From an archaeon (GTDB taxonomy: Archaea > Undinarchaeota > Undinarchaeia > Undinarchaeales > JBDRKL01), in the NCBI GenBank assembly GCA_043814055.1, contig JBDRKL010000008.1:1-52194 (forward strand): a DNA stretch of 52,194 nt, written 5' to 3'. Both the position numbers and the translations under genes were made by a program. Under the pieces are notes generated by a model, which was not told the DNA's origin, did no database searches, and worked only from the letters and a program-made list of their open reading frames with translations. Shown piece after piece: positions 19,306 through 28,512 of the stretch (its first letter is position 1; each line of letters opens with the position of its first letter).

Positions 19306-19854
19306 CTACCCCTTTATAAATATTCTGTCCAACAGCCCGTTTACCCCTTCCTTAAACCCTTCCCTATCAAGCACCTCATTTAGTATGTAGTAGTCCCCCA
19401 TTGCAACACTGCTCCCGTGGTCCAGCTTCTCAAGCTCTGCCTTGTCCCTGCTCCTAAATTCCTCTGGTGTTAAAGCGCGCTCATCCCTGATTCTAATCCG
19501 CTCCTGCCTAGTCTTTGGCGAAGCCACGATTGAAACCGCAATAAACCCCCCCTCATACTTTTCTTTCAAATACTCATACTCTTTAAAACTCCTAACCCCA
19601 TCAAGCACAACATCTTCCCCAAGCGCATCAATCTTCTCTGCAACTTTTTGAGCGTAAACATCCATTCCAAATTCATCCCGCAATGACTCCCGAATTATCC
19701 TTTCATTTTCCTCATTCCGCTCTAGTCCGCGCTTCTCTAATTCCTTGTCTGTCAAATCCCCGAGCCGAAGTACCCCCAGCCCGCGCTCCTTGGCGTATTC
19801 CCCTGCCAAGCTCTTTCCAGCGCCGGGCATCCCGACAAAAGCAACTATTTTCAT
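19306..19854 (-). CDS. P-loop nucleotide kinase (UPF0200 / dephospho-CoA-kinase-like)
   Basis: VGMPGAGKS, VVLDGVRS..E, R..RI..R LID, RD..E. Confidence 0.85.
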   Translation of the reverse strand: MKIVAFVGMPGAGKSLAGEYAKERGLGVLRLGDLTDKELEKRGLERNEENERIIRESLRDEFGMDVYAQKVAEKIDALGEDVVLDGVRSFKEYEYLKEKYEGGFIAVSIVASPKTRQERIRIRDERALTPEEFRSRDKAELEKLDHGSSVAMGDYYILNEVLDREGFKEGVNGLLDRIFIKG

Positions 19855-20483
19855 TTGAGTCCTTTAATCTCCTCTTGCAGCCTCTTCAGATAGAGCTCTA
19901 TGTAAAAATGCCTGTCCTGTGCAACTTTCTTCGCAGACTCAGTGTACATCAGGTCTTTCAACTTCAAGATTTTCTCGTCAAAATGAGCAAGGCTCCCCTT
20001 CACGTCCCTTTGATGTCTGCCCCCATAAGTAAAAACCCGCGCAATCCCGACCGCGCCGAGCGCGTCAAGCTTGTCCGCATCAGAAAGAACTTTTGACTCA
20101 AGGCTGCTTGGCAATATCCCTGAGCTGTACCTGTGCTCCTTGATCGCGTCAATGACCATTTTTATCTTTTCCTTTGGAAAATCAATGCTATTCAAAAATT
20201 CCTCAGCCAGATATGCGCTGGTCTCTGCGTGGTCTATCCCCAAATAATCCTCCAAATCACGCCCAATGTCGTGAAGCAGCGCGGCAGTGAGAACAACCTT
20301 AAGGTCAGCTTTCTCCCGCTGCCCAATTCTCATCGCCATATTATAAACCCGGCGAGTGTGGTCAAAGCCATGCGACATTGAGCGAAGCTTCTCTCTAGCA
20401 AATAATTCAATCTCTCTAAGCACGCCCCACTCTCGCTCTACCTTTTCCTTTTCCCTTTCAAACTGGTCTTTACTCGTTTCCAA
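19851..20483 (-). CDS. HD-domain phosphohydrolase
   Basis: SHGFDHTRRV, ALLHDIGR, EHR, SDADKLDALGAVG; TTG start with AAGGAGG SD. Confidence 0.9.
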   Translation of the reverse strand: METSKDQFEREKEKVEREWGVLREIELFAREKLRSMSHGFDHTRRVYNMAMRIGQREKADLKVVLTAALLHDIGRDLEDYLGIDHAETSAYLAEEFLNSIDFPKEKIKMVIDAIKEHRYSSGILPSSLESKVLSDADKLDALGAVGIARVFTYGGRHQRDVKGSLAHFDEKILKLKDLMYTESAKKVAQDRHFYIELYLKRLQEEIKGLK

Positions 20484-20643
20484 TTCCTTGGTCCTCCTTT
20501 AATTGTGTCCGCAGAGCGGCCCTAACATACTCGCTAACAGAGGCATACCCAGTCTTCCCGCTCTTCACATAGTCCTGGATTTGCTTGTAGTACTCCTCTG
20601 GTATCTGCACGCTCTTCCAGCTTGTTGCCCACTTTTTAGTCAT
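20470..20643 (-). CDS. Ribbon-helix-helix (CopG/MetJ-like) regulator, 57 aa, not in ORF track
   Basis: Hand translation MTKKWATSWKSVQIPEEYYKQIQDYVKSGKTGYASVSEYVRAALRTQLKEDQGIGNE; SVxIP strand and GYxSxSExVRxAL helix; overlaps the HD gene start. Confidence 0.82.
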   Translation of the reverse strand: MTKKWATSWKSVQIPEEYYKQIQDYVKSGKTGYASVSEYVRAALRTQLKEDQGIGNE

Positions 20644-20753
20644 TATACTCTCATTTCCAAATTTAAGTTATCCCTAACTGACATATATGTTATAATTCCC
20701 CTATATATAACTTTCTATGAAACTTTTATATACACCTTTGTCTTATTTCCCCT

Positions 20754-20935
20754 CGTGGAGAATGGCGTTGCGTATTAAGAGGCGGTTTCCTCTATTTCTC
20801 TCTCCACGTTTACCCGTGTAATTTCCACTCCACGCAGCCGCTGGAGGCGGTCGCGTGTGCGTAAAACCGCTTGCGGCGGTTTCACGTTTTTTGGGTGGGT
20901 GGGTCAGTCTCTCTTTTTTAGAGGCGGCCCGCCCA
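20754..20935. ncRNA. Candidate structured non-coding RNA or leader (four hairpins)
   Basis: GC-rich intergenic stems at 20754-20808, 20831-20857, 20860-20886 and 20896-20935; TATA-like TTTTATATA about 25-30 nt upstream. Confidence 0.5.
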
Positions 20936-20951
20936 GTTCCTTTACACTAAA

Positions 20952-21122
20952 ATGAAAAGCTTCTTTGACCTGCTGAAAGAGAAAAATTTCCTCCTGCCTT
21001 TCCTAATCTTGGTTATAATCCTAATCTTCAACTTCATTGACGGCTTCCGCTGGTACACAATAATGTTCGCGGCAATCCTTGCAGCTGCAATCGGTCTGAA
21101 TCTTTACAAGACAAAAATATAA
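20952..21122 (+). CDS. Small two-TM membrane protein (56 aa), not in ORF track
   Basis: Hand translation MKSFFDLLKEKNFLLPFLILVIILIFNFIDGFRWYTIMFAAILAAAIGLNLYKTKI. Confidence 0.7.
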   Translation: MKSFFDLLKEKNFLLPFLILVIILIFNFIDGFRWYTIMFAAILAAAIGLNLYKTKI

Positions 21123-21147
21123 AAACCGCAGGTTACACTACTTCCCT

Positions 21148-21351
21148 ATGGTTGCAATAAAAATCTCTTCAAAAAAGCCGCTTGACATGATTAAAATTCA
21201 GCAACTCCTCAGTTTGAATGGCGCTGAAATTACTCAAAAATTGTTGGGCCAGAACGCCCTAGTGGTGAATGCGCCAGACAAAACGGCGGCCAATAACCTA
21301 AAAAGATCTCCTATACTGCGCGGCTGTTGTGTTGAGCCGATTAACAAGTAA
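21148..21351 (+). CDS. Small hypothetical protein
   Basis: 67-aa ORF with an alternating strand/helix pattern; upstream AT-rich promoter-like element. Confidence 0.55.
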   Translation: MVAIKISSKKPLDMIKIQQLLSLNGAEITQKLLGQNALVVNAPDKTAANNLKRSPILRGCCVEPINK

Positions 21352-21391
21352 CCCAATATTTTTATAGGCAGGCAACCAATAACACTTCCAA

Positions 21392-21486
21392 GTGGGAGCT
21401 TGACACAGGAGTAACATGTCCATATCCTATTGGCGCGCTTTACTCTAGATCCCTGTGTTTAGTTACTCCTGTGTTGGCAGCCGCAC
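21392..21486 (+). ncRNA. Long stem-loop upstream of lhr (sRNA or structured 5'UTR)
   Basis: Perfect 13-bp inverted repeat ACACAGGAGTAAC (21403-21415) / GTTACTCCTGTGT (21462-21474), extendable outward; TATA-like TTTTTATA near 21359-21366. Confidence 0.45.
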
Positions 21487-21507
21487 AACTGATTTTGTGA
21501 TTTAACA

Positions 21508-24102
21508 ATGAGCCTAGCGTATCAAGAAACCGAATACACCGACGAGCAGATCTTCGCGAAACTGGATCCCATAGTCCAGCGTTGGTTCCGCGCGAAATTC
21601 ACTAAGTTCTCCAAGCCCCAGCGCTTTGGAATAATGCCAATCTTCAAGGGCGAAAACACGCTCATCTCAGCCCCCACTGGCTCAGGAAAAACACTCCTCG
21701 CTTTTCTCTCAATCCTCAACGAGCTCATCAAGCTCTCAAAAGCCGGCAAGCTTGAAGACAGGGTCTACTGCATCTACGCTTCCCCTCTCCGCGCCCTAAC
21801 CCGGGATATTGACGTCAACCTCAAGCAACCGCTCAAGGAAATTGAAGAGCTTGCTGAAGAAAAATTTGGCATTCAAATCGCAACAAGAACCAGCGATACA
21901 ACTCAATATCAACGTTCAACAATGTTAAAAAACCCGCCGCACATCCTCCTCACAACCCCAGAAACAGTTTCAATCCTTCTGGTGGCTCCAAAATTCCGCG
22001 AGCTCCTCCGCGATGTCCGCTGGGTTATTATTGACGAGGTTCACGCGCTCGCGCCGAACAAGCGCGGCGTCCACCTCTCACTCAGCCTGGAGCGCCTCCA
22101 AAACCTCGCCGGGCGATTTCAAAGAATTGGCCTCAGCGCAACAATCGCCCCGCTTGAGGACATTGCAAAATTCCTTGTTGGCTGCGAGAATGGCGAATAC
22201 CGCTCGTGCCAAATCATAGATGTGCGCTATCTGAAAGAGCTGGACCTAAAGGTGCTCAGCCCGGTTGAGAACATAATAACCGCAACCCAGGATGACCTCC
22301 ACGAATCGCTTTACAAAATGCTTGACGACCTAATCTCAGAGCACAGGACAACCCTTGTCTTCACAAACACCCGCTCTGCAACTGAGCGCGTGGTTCACCA
22401 CCTCAAGACAAAATTCCCAAAGAAATACATTGAAAACATCGGTGCGCACCACAGCTCGCTCTCAAAAGAGCACCGCTTTGACGTTGAGGACAAGCTCCGC
22501 AGGGGTGAATTGAAAGTAGTAGTATCAAGCACTTCCCTTGAGCTCGGTATTGACATCGGCTACATTGACCTTGTGATAATGCTCGGCTCCCCCAAGTCTG
22601 TAGCCAGAGCGCTCCAGCGTGTCGGCCGCAGCGGTCACCAGCTCCATTCAAAAATAAAAGGCCGCTTCGTGGTGATGGACCGCGACGACCTTGTGGAGTG
22701 CGCAGTAATGCTCAAGCAGTCAGTGGAGGGAAAAATTGACCGCGTTGACATCCCGACCAACTGCCTTGACGTCCTCTCCCAGCACATTTACGGAATGGCA
22801 ATTGAGGAGCGGCAGCACGTTGAAAATGCGCTCGCGCTAATAAAACGCTCATACTGCTTTGAAAATTTATCCGACGATGATTTCTACTCAGTCCTTGACT
22901 ACCTCTCCGGGGAAAACGTCTCGCTTGAGCAGCGCAACGTGTACGCGAAAATCTGGCACGACAAGGAAACTAAAATGATGGGCAAGCGCGGCAAACTTGC
23001 GCGTGTACTCTACTCAACAAATATCGGAACAATCCCGGACGAAGCTTATGTAACTGTGAAGCAGGGTGAGCAGAAAATAGGCGCAATAGACGAGCACTTT
23101 CTTGAGCGGCTCAAGCCAGGCGACATCTTCGTGCTCGGCGGGAATACCTACAGGTTCGGCTTCGCCCGCGGAATGACAATTCAGGTCACCCCAGCGCCGG
23201 GTAAAGTGCCAACAGTTCCGTCCTGGTTCTCCCAAATGCTCCCGCTCAGTTTTGACCTTGCGCTGGAAATTCAAAAATTCCGCAGATTAATGGATGAAAA
23301 ACTCCGCGCGAAAGAGCCAAAGAAAGAAACCCTCAAGTTCATCAATGAATACCTCTACGTTTCAGGCAATGCAGCGAACTCACTCTACGAATACTTCCGC
23401 GAGCAGCATCTCTATGCTGAAATTCCGCACGACAAGAAAATGGTGATTGAATTCTACAGCGGCTACTCTGACAAAAAATACGTGATATTCCACTCGCTCT
23501 ACGGCCGCAGGACAAACGACGCGCTCTCCCGCGCAATCGCATACGAGCTCTCCAAGATAAAAAAGAAAAACGTGGCAATCACCCTGAGCGACAACGGCTT
23601 TTTCCTAACCTCTGACTCAGGAAAGCTTCAGGTCCTCCGCGCGTTCAAGCAGGTAACCCCAAAAAACATAGAAAGCATTTTGGAAAAAGCAATAGAAAAA
23701 ACAGAAATTCTCAAGCGCAGGTTCCGCCACTGCGCAGGTCGCTCTCTTATGATACTGCGCTCCTACAAGGGCCGCCACAAGTCAGTTGGCAGGCAGCAAG
23801 TCTCTTCCCAAATCCTAATCAACGCTGCGCGCAGCATCTCAGAGGATTTCCCAATTCTCAAAGAAGCCCGCCGCGAGGTGCTTGAAGATTTAATGGACAT
23901 TAAGTCAGCGCAAAAAGTAATGAAGTGGCTCCACGAAAACAAGGTTGAAGCGAAGATAATTGCAACAGACGTCCCGAGCCCCTTTGCGCTGAACCTAATC
24001 GCCCGCGGCTACATGGATGTGGTAAAAATGGAGGACAAGCTGGAATTCATCCGCAGAATGCACGCCAAGATACTTGAGAGGATTGATGAATATGAACCTT
24101 GA
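21508..24102 (+). CDS. lhr: Lhr-core ATP-dependent helicase
   Basis: APTGSGKT, TTPE, IIDEVH, LSAT, HHSSL, SLELGIDIG, QRVGRSGH, GTIPDE. Confidence 0.94.
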   Translation: MSLAYQETEYTDEQIFAKLDPIVQRWFRAKFTKFSKPQRFGIMPIFKGENTLISAPTGSGKTLLAFLSILNELIKLSKAGKLEDRVYCIYASPLRALTRDIDVNLKQPLKEIEELAEEKFGIQIATRTSDTTQYQRSTMLKNPPHILLTTPETVSILLVAPKFRELLRDVRWVIIDEVHALAPNKRGVHLSLSLERLQNLAGRFQRIGLSATIAPLEDIAKFLVGCENGEYRSCQIIDVRYLKELDLKVLSPVENIITATQDDLHESLYKMLDDLISEHRTTLVFTNTRSATERVVHHLKTKFPKKYIENIGAHHSSLSKEHRFDVEDKLRRGELKVVVSSTSLELGIDIGYIDLVIMLGSPKSVARALQRVGRSGHQLHSKIKGRFVVMDRDDLVECAVMLKQSVEGKIDRVDIPTNCLDVLSQHIYGMAIEERQHVENALALIKRSYCFENLSDDDFYSVLDYLSGENVSLEQRNVYAKIWHDKETKMMGKRGKLARVLYSTNIGTIPDEAYVTVKQGEQKIGAIDEHFLERLKPGDIFVLGGNTYRFGFARGMTIQVTPAPGKVPTVPSWFSQMLPLSFDLALEIQKFRRLMDEKLRAKEPKKETLKFINEYLYVSGNAANSLYEYFREQHLYAEIPHDKKMVIEFYSGYSDKKYVIFHSLYGRRTNDALSRAIAYELSKIKKKNVAITLSDNGFFLTSDSGKLQVLRAFKQVTPKNIESILEKAIEKTEILKRRFRHCAGRSLMILRSYKGRHKSVGRQQVSSQILINAARSISEDFPILKEARREVLEDLMDIKSAQKVMKWLHENKVEAKIIATDVPSPFALNLIARGYMDVVKMEDKLEFIRRMHAKILERIDEYEP

Positions 24103-24799
24103 CGAAAATCTCCAAATCAAAGACCTCGCGCTTTGGCTGAAAAAGCAAAAAACCCTAATCATAGCAGACCTGCACCTCGGTTACGAGAACTGTATGCAGA
24201 AGTCAGGGTATATGCTCCCTTGGTTCCAATATGCGGAAATCAAAGCCAAACTACAAAAAATAATTCCCGCGAATGTTGAAAAAATAATAATCAACGGTGA
24301 CCTTAAGCACGAGTTCGGACAAATACCCCAGCAGGAGTGGGACGAAGTGAAAGGGATGATTGATTTTTTAAGAACCTACACTGAAGATTTAATTTTAATC
24401 AAGGGCAACCACGACAGCATCCTCAGCCCAATCGCCCGCCACAAGAAAGTTGAGCTCGAACCCAAAGGCCTTCTCATAGATTCATATTTCATAACCCACG
24501 GCCACAAGCTCTTTGAAATCCCAAAAGAAGCAAAAACAATCATAATCGGGCACGAGCACCCTGCGGTCTCAATAAGTGACGGCATCTCCCGCGAGCTGTG
24601 CAAGTGCTTCCTCAAGGGAACATACAACAAAAAAACCCTAATAGTCCAACCCTCCCTCTGCACAGCAAGCGAAGGCAGCGATATTTTAAGCGAAAAAACA
24701 CTCTCTCCCTACCTGAAAAACATCAGCAATTTTGACGTGTTCGTGGCAGCTGACAAAACTCGCCACTTCGGCAAGGTCAGCGGCTTGAGAGAAACTTAA
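24092..24799 (+). CDS. Metallophosphoesterase (Lhr-associated MPE type)
   Basis: ADLHLG, NGDLKH, GNHD, THGH, GHEHP; overlaps the lhr 3' end. Confidence 0.9.
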   Translation: MNLDENLQIKDLALWLKKQKTLIIADLHLGYENCMQKSGYMLPWFQYAEIKAKLQKIIPANVEKIIINGDLKHEFGQIPQQEWDEVKGMIDFLRTYTEDLILIKGNHDSILSPIARHKKVELEPKGLLIDSYFITHGHKLFEIPKEAKTIIIGHEHPAVSISDGISRELCKCFLKGTYNKKTLIVQPSLCTASEGSDILSEKTLSPYLKNISNFDVFVAADKTRHFGKVSGLRET

Positions 24800-24824
24800 A
24801 TACGCCAAGCACTTACTACAAACC

Positions 24825-25658
24825 ATGCTAAGTCTAGAGTATCTTTTTGAAATTGTGCCAAACCCCTGGCTATATACAGTATTCACTATCGTTCTGACAT
24901 ACCTAATCATAAAAATCCTTCACAGGGCAATAGACGAAATAGCAAAGACAGCCGGAGCTACCAAACACATTCGCCTCACTCCAAAACAGACGACTCATTA
25001 TGCCAGACCCATCAAGATAGGGGTAAATCTGGTGGCGTTCATAATTGTAATCCTCATGCTCCTCAACTTCTTTGGCCTTGAGGGCAGCTTCCTCGGCGTG
25101 CTTTCCGCAGCCGGTTTCATGGGGATAGTAATCGGTTTCGCAGCAAAGGACGTGCTTGGCAACCTTATGGCCGGCTTCATGATTTTCTTTGACCAGCCGT
25201 TCCTGCTAGGCGACTGGATTCAGGTCGGCGAGATAGAGGGCATAGTAATTGACACAAAAATCACCTCAACCAGGATAAAAACCTTTGGCGGAGAGATGGT
25301 TGCAATCCCTAATAGCCTAATCCAGAGCGAGAAAATCATAAACAAAACACACAACGGGAAATTGCGCGTGCGCGCGGATGTTAGCATTGACTACAACGCA
25401 GACCTTGAAAAGGCAGTAAAGCTCGCGAAGGATTACATGAAAAAGAGCCCCCTATTCCTCCAAGACCCAGAGCCGAGCGTTCTGCTGGACGAGCTCGGCG
25501 ACAGCGCGGTGAAATTAACGCTCCGCGCATGGGTTGACCCGAACAAGCAGAGTGCAATCGCTGCGAAGGACGTTCTCCTAACTAACGTGAAGCTCATATT
25601 TGAAAAGAACAAGATTAAGATTCCATTCCCGCAGGTTGAGCTTAGCAACCGCAAGTAA
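24825..25658 (+). CDS. mscS: Small-conductance mechanosensitive channel
   Basis: GIVIGFAAKDVLGNLMAG, PFLLGDWI, IPNS, IPFPQ. Confidence 0.92.
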   Translation: MLSLEYLFEIVPNPWLYTVFTIVLTYLIIKILHRAIDEIAKTAGATKHIRLTPKQTTHYARPIKIGVNLVAFIIVILMLLNFFGLEGSFLGVLSAAGFMGIVIGFAAKDVLGNLMAGFMIFFDQPFLLGDWIQVGEIEGIVIDTKITSTRIKTFGGEMVAIPNSLIQSEKIINKTHNGKLRVRADVSIDYNADLEKAVKLAKDYMKKSPLFLQDPEPSVLLDELGDSAVKLTLRAWVDPNKQSAIAAKDVLLTNVKLIFEKNKIKIPFPQVELSNRK

Positions 25659-25660
25659 TC

Positions 25661-26032
25661 CTAAGGCGAAACCATTTTCAAAACATCAAGCGCTATAACT
25701 ATTGGAATTATTGTGGTTAAATTATCAAAATAGAAGCTTCCCACCGGGTCAGCGTTCCCTACTGCGAATCTCAGCATAAATATTCCAACGAGCAGCATCA
25801 GCGCGCCCATTACTCCGCTTATCGGGGTGAGCCCGTGGTGAAACAGGTGCACAAGCGGCGAGATTATCACAAGCATTGAGAATATTAAAACTGCCGGCAT
25901 CCAAATCTTGTCTCCAGCCAGCGCCCAGCTCAGGATAATGACACCCATTATAACGAGCAACGTGGTTGGAATAACACAAATTGGGTCAATATGCGCCTTG
26001 GTATTCCTAAGCATAATTCCCCTTCTTGGCAA
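25661..26032 (-). CDS. Hypothetical membrane protein
   Basis: About four hydrophobic segments; co-oriented downstream of radA. Confidence 0.65.
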   Translation of the reverse strand: MPRRGIMLRNTKAHIDPICVIPTTLLVIMGVIILSWALAGDKIWMPAVLIFSMLVIISPLVHLFHHGLTPISGVMGALMLLVGIFMLRFAVGNADPVGSFYFDNLTTIIPIVIALDVLKMVSP

Positions 26033-26047
26033 CTGGTATATTTAACC

Positions 26048-27085
26048 TTAATCCCCAAGCCCTTCTTCAGTAACCTTGAACACGGCTTCCCCTTCCGGCA
26101 GGTTCGGCGAGTCAATCAGGCGTGCAATCCTCTTCCCTGCCTTGCCCTTCCTCAAATACAATCTAAAGGTTGCGCTGTGCCCGAGTATGTGCCCGCCTAT
26201 CGGCTTGGTCGGGTCTCCGAAGAACATGTCCGGCTTGGACATCACCTGGTTCGTGACATAAACAACCGCATTGTAATTGTCCGCGAGCTTGTGCAGGACG
26301 TTCAGGTGCCTGTTGAGCTTCTGCTGCCTTGCTGCAAGCGTTCCCCTACCAGAGTATTCAACCCTGAACAGCGAGGTCAGCGAGTCAACAACAACCAGCT
26401 TTATCTTCCCTTCCCTCAGCAGAGGGTCAGCCTGCTCAGCCATCAGCATCTGGTCATCAGAACTATAAGCACGCGCAATATGTATCCGCTTCAGTGCCTC
26501 TTCTGGGTCAAGCCCTATCTTCTTCGCCATCTGCATAGCCCTCTCCGGCCTGAACGTGTGCTCAGAATCAATGTACAGGCAGTCCCCATCCAACCCTCCT
26601 TTCTCAACCGGAAGCTGCACGTTCACAGCGAGCTGCATCGCAATCTGCGACTTGCCCGAGCCAAATTCTCCGAACGCCTCGGTGATTGCCTGGGTCTCAA
26701 GCCCCCCACCCAGGAGCGCATCAAAAGGTTCAGACGCGGTGGTTAAGCGTCCAATCTCCTTCCTTCGCTCCATGAGCTTGTCTGCTGTTTCAAAACCCAT
26801 ATCCAGGTTTTCTTTGGCCATTGCGATTATCTTCTTCGCCTTGGCTTCGCTGATATCCGCAATGGCTGAAATGTCCCCTGCGCTCGCGGTTGCAATTGAT
26901 TTAGCATCCTTTAGTCCAGCTTCTTCCAGCTTCTTGGCTGTTGCTGGTCCTACACCTGCGATTGCTTCAAGCCCTTCGTTTGAAGCTTCCTCATCGTCTT
27001 CCTCAAGTTCTTCCTCTTCTTGAATCTCTTCAACCTTTTCCTCGGTTGGCTCTTCTTGTTCTTTCTCAACTTTTTCTTTTGTCAT
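26048..27085 (-). CDS. radA: DNA repair/recombination protein RadA (acidic N-terminal tail, no intein)
   Basis: Hh[16 protein letters not shown] polymerisation motif, Walker [26 protein letters not shown]. Confidence 0.97.
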   Translation of the reverse strand: MTKEKVEKEQEEPTEEKVEEIQEEEELEEDDEEASNEGLEAIAGVGPATAKKLEEAGLKDAKSIATASAGDISAIADISEAKAKKIIAMAKENLDMGFETADKLMERRKEIGRLTTASEPFDALLGGGLETQAITEAFGEFGSGKSQIAMQLAVNVQLPVEKGGLDGDCLYIDSEHTFRPERAMQMAKKIGLDPEEALKRIHIARAYSSDDQMLMAEQADPLLREGKIKLVVVDSLTSLFRVEYSGRGTLAARQQKLNRHLNVLHKLADNYNAVVYVTNQVMSKPDMFFGDPTKPIGGHILGHSATFRLYLRKGKAGKRIARLIDSPNLPEGEAVFKVTEEGLGD

Positions 27086-28436
27086 TTTTCAACACCTCTT
27101 TATTTTTTAAATTATCAATCAATTTGCCAGCTTCTTTAGCCGGATCCACATCTCTCATCTGGTATACGTTAAACTCTATCCTGTCGTACGCGTCGTTTTT
27201 CTTCACGCGCCCCTCGACTATGATTTCCTTCCCAAGCAGCCCCGCTTTCTTTTTCTGCACTTTCTCCGCTGACGCTTGCAGTTCCATCGCGTTCATTCCA
27301 AATAGTTTCTCCGCCTGCTCCCTGAAAAACGACGCGCGAATCATCCCGCTACCATCATCAATCATTGTGTTCACAACCACAAGCTTCTCCGGTGTTGCAA
27401 TCTCCCCGCATTTCCCGCATTTCCCTTCAGTTATCTTCTTGTTGCAAGTTGGGCACATATCATACACAAAGTTGTCCCCGTAAACATCTACAACCGCGCC
27501 TCGGATTTCCTTGTAAGTGTCCCCATCATTCAAATCCGAAATCTTCACGCGCTGGCTCTGCCCCTCTGAAGCCGCAGCAACCACAACTCCTTCGGGGTTC
27601 TTCGCAATCTGAGTCTGCCAGTTAGCCTGCACCTCAACCCCTCTCATACCTTCCTTTGAATATGCATTTTGAATCTGCAGTATGTCCCCCACTTCAACCT
27701 CGTTCGCAAAGTCCGCCTGCTCGTTCCACAGCACAAGCCGAGCTCCTCCAGTCCCATCATTCACTACAAGGTTCGCAACCTTGCCTTTCTTGTCCTCTTT
27801 CTCAAACTCATTTATTCCAAAGTTGTGCGTCACCCGCCCTATTACTGAGACGGGCATGTTCGGTTGAAGTTCGCTTATCTTCATCATTCCTCCTACTGCC
27901 TCTACTTTCGGGAATTCATCCTCATCCACGTTCTCAGGGTTCATCATCAGTGTGCCCTTGCTACCAAGGTGCACCTCGTACCCTCCCTTGAAGCCATCGC
28001 GCACGTATCCGTTCTTGACCTGCACGATGTCCCCTGCATTTACCTCTTTTTTCTCAACTTTCTCTATGTCTGACATATTCCACAGCACAATCCTTGTTGT
28101 GCCGGTATTGTCCATTACCTCAAGGTTCGCCACTTTCCCCTTTGTCCCGGTTTTTGTGGTGAATTCGCGCGGCGGGAAAATCGCCTTGACGCGCGCGTTG
28201 AGCGTGACTGCCCGCATCTCGGGCATTATGTCCTTGACCTTGAGCATGTTTTCAACAACGCGGTTCTGCGTTTTTATGCCAAGCTCGTTTGCAACGAGGT
28301 AAGCTGCGCCGTCCTCTGAGACCAGGCCGGACAACTCCGCTTGCTTCCGCTTTATCTTGTCCCATACCTCTTCTCTTGTGAGACCTGCCTTGGACATTAT
28401 GGTCTCTAGCAATTCTCCTACACGCTTCCCCGCCAT
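27066..28436 (-). CDS. rpa: Replication protein A large subunit (three OB folds + Zn finger)
   Basis: N-terminal [16 protein letters not shown], repeated D.TG..R.VLW OB motifs, CPTCNKK...CGKC. Confidence 0.88.
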   Translation of the reverse strand: MAGKRVGELLETIMSKAGLTREEVWDKIKRKQAELSGLVSEDGAAYLVANELGIKTQNRVVENMLKVKDIMPEMRAVTLNARVKAIFPPREFTTKTGTKGKVANLEVMDNTGTTRIVLWNMSDIEKVEKKEVNAGDIVQVKNGYVRDGFKGGYEVHLGSKGTLMMNPENVDEDEFPKVEAVGGMMKISELQPNMPVSVIGRVTHNFGINEFEKEDKKGKVANLVVNDGTGGARLVLWNEQADFANEVEVGDILQIQNAYSKEGMRGVEVQANWQTQIAKNPEGVVVAAASEGQSQRVKISDLNDGDTYKEIRGAVVDVYGDNFVYDMCPTCNKKITEGKCGKCGEIATPEKLVVVNTMIDDGSGMIRASFFREQAEKLFGMNAMELQASAEKVQKKKAGLLGKEIIVEGRVKKNDAYDRIEFNVYQMRDVDPAKEAGKLIDNLKNKEVLKNDKRKS

Positions 28437-28512
28437 ATTGCACACTAAGTTCTCGTCGTATATATGTTTTCTCAGGCAAAACTGTTTATAAATCTTTTCA
28501 AACCGCGGCTGG

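Noticed and set aside
20754-20935. RNase P RNA, SRP RNA or 5S rRNA
   Set aside because: Lacks the RNase P P4 consensus pair, the SRP helix-8 motif and 5S signatures
2971-27085. Inteins in DP2, AtpA, Lhr or RadA
   Set aside because: The usual insertion sites are contiguous and the protein lengths are normal
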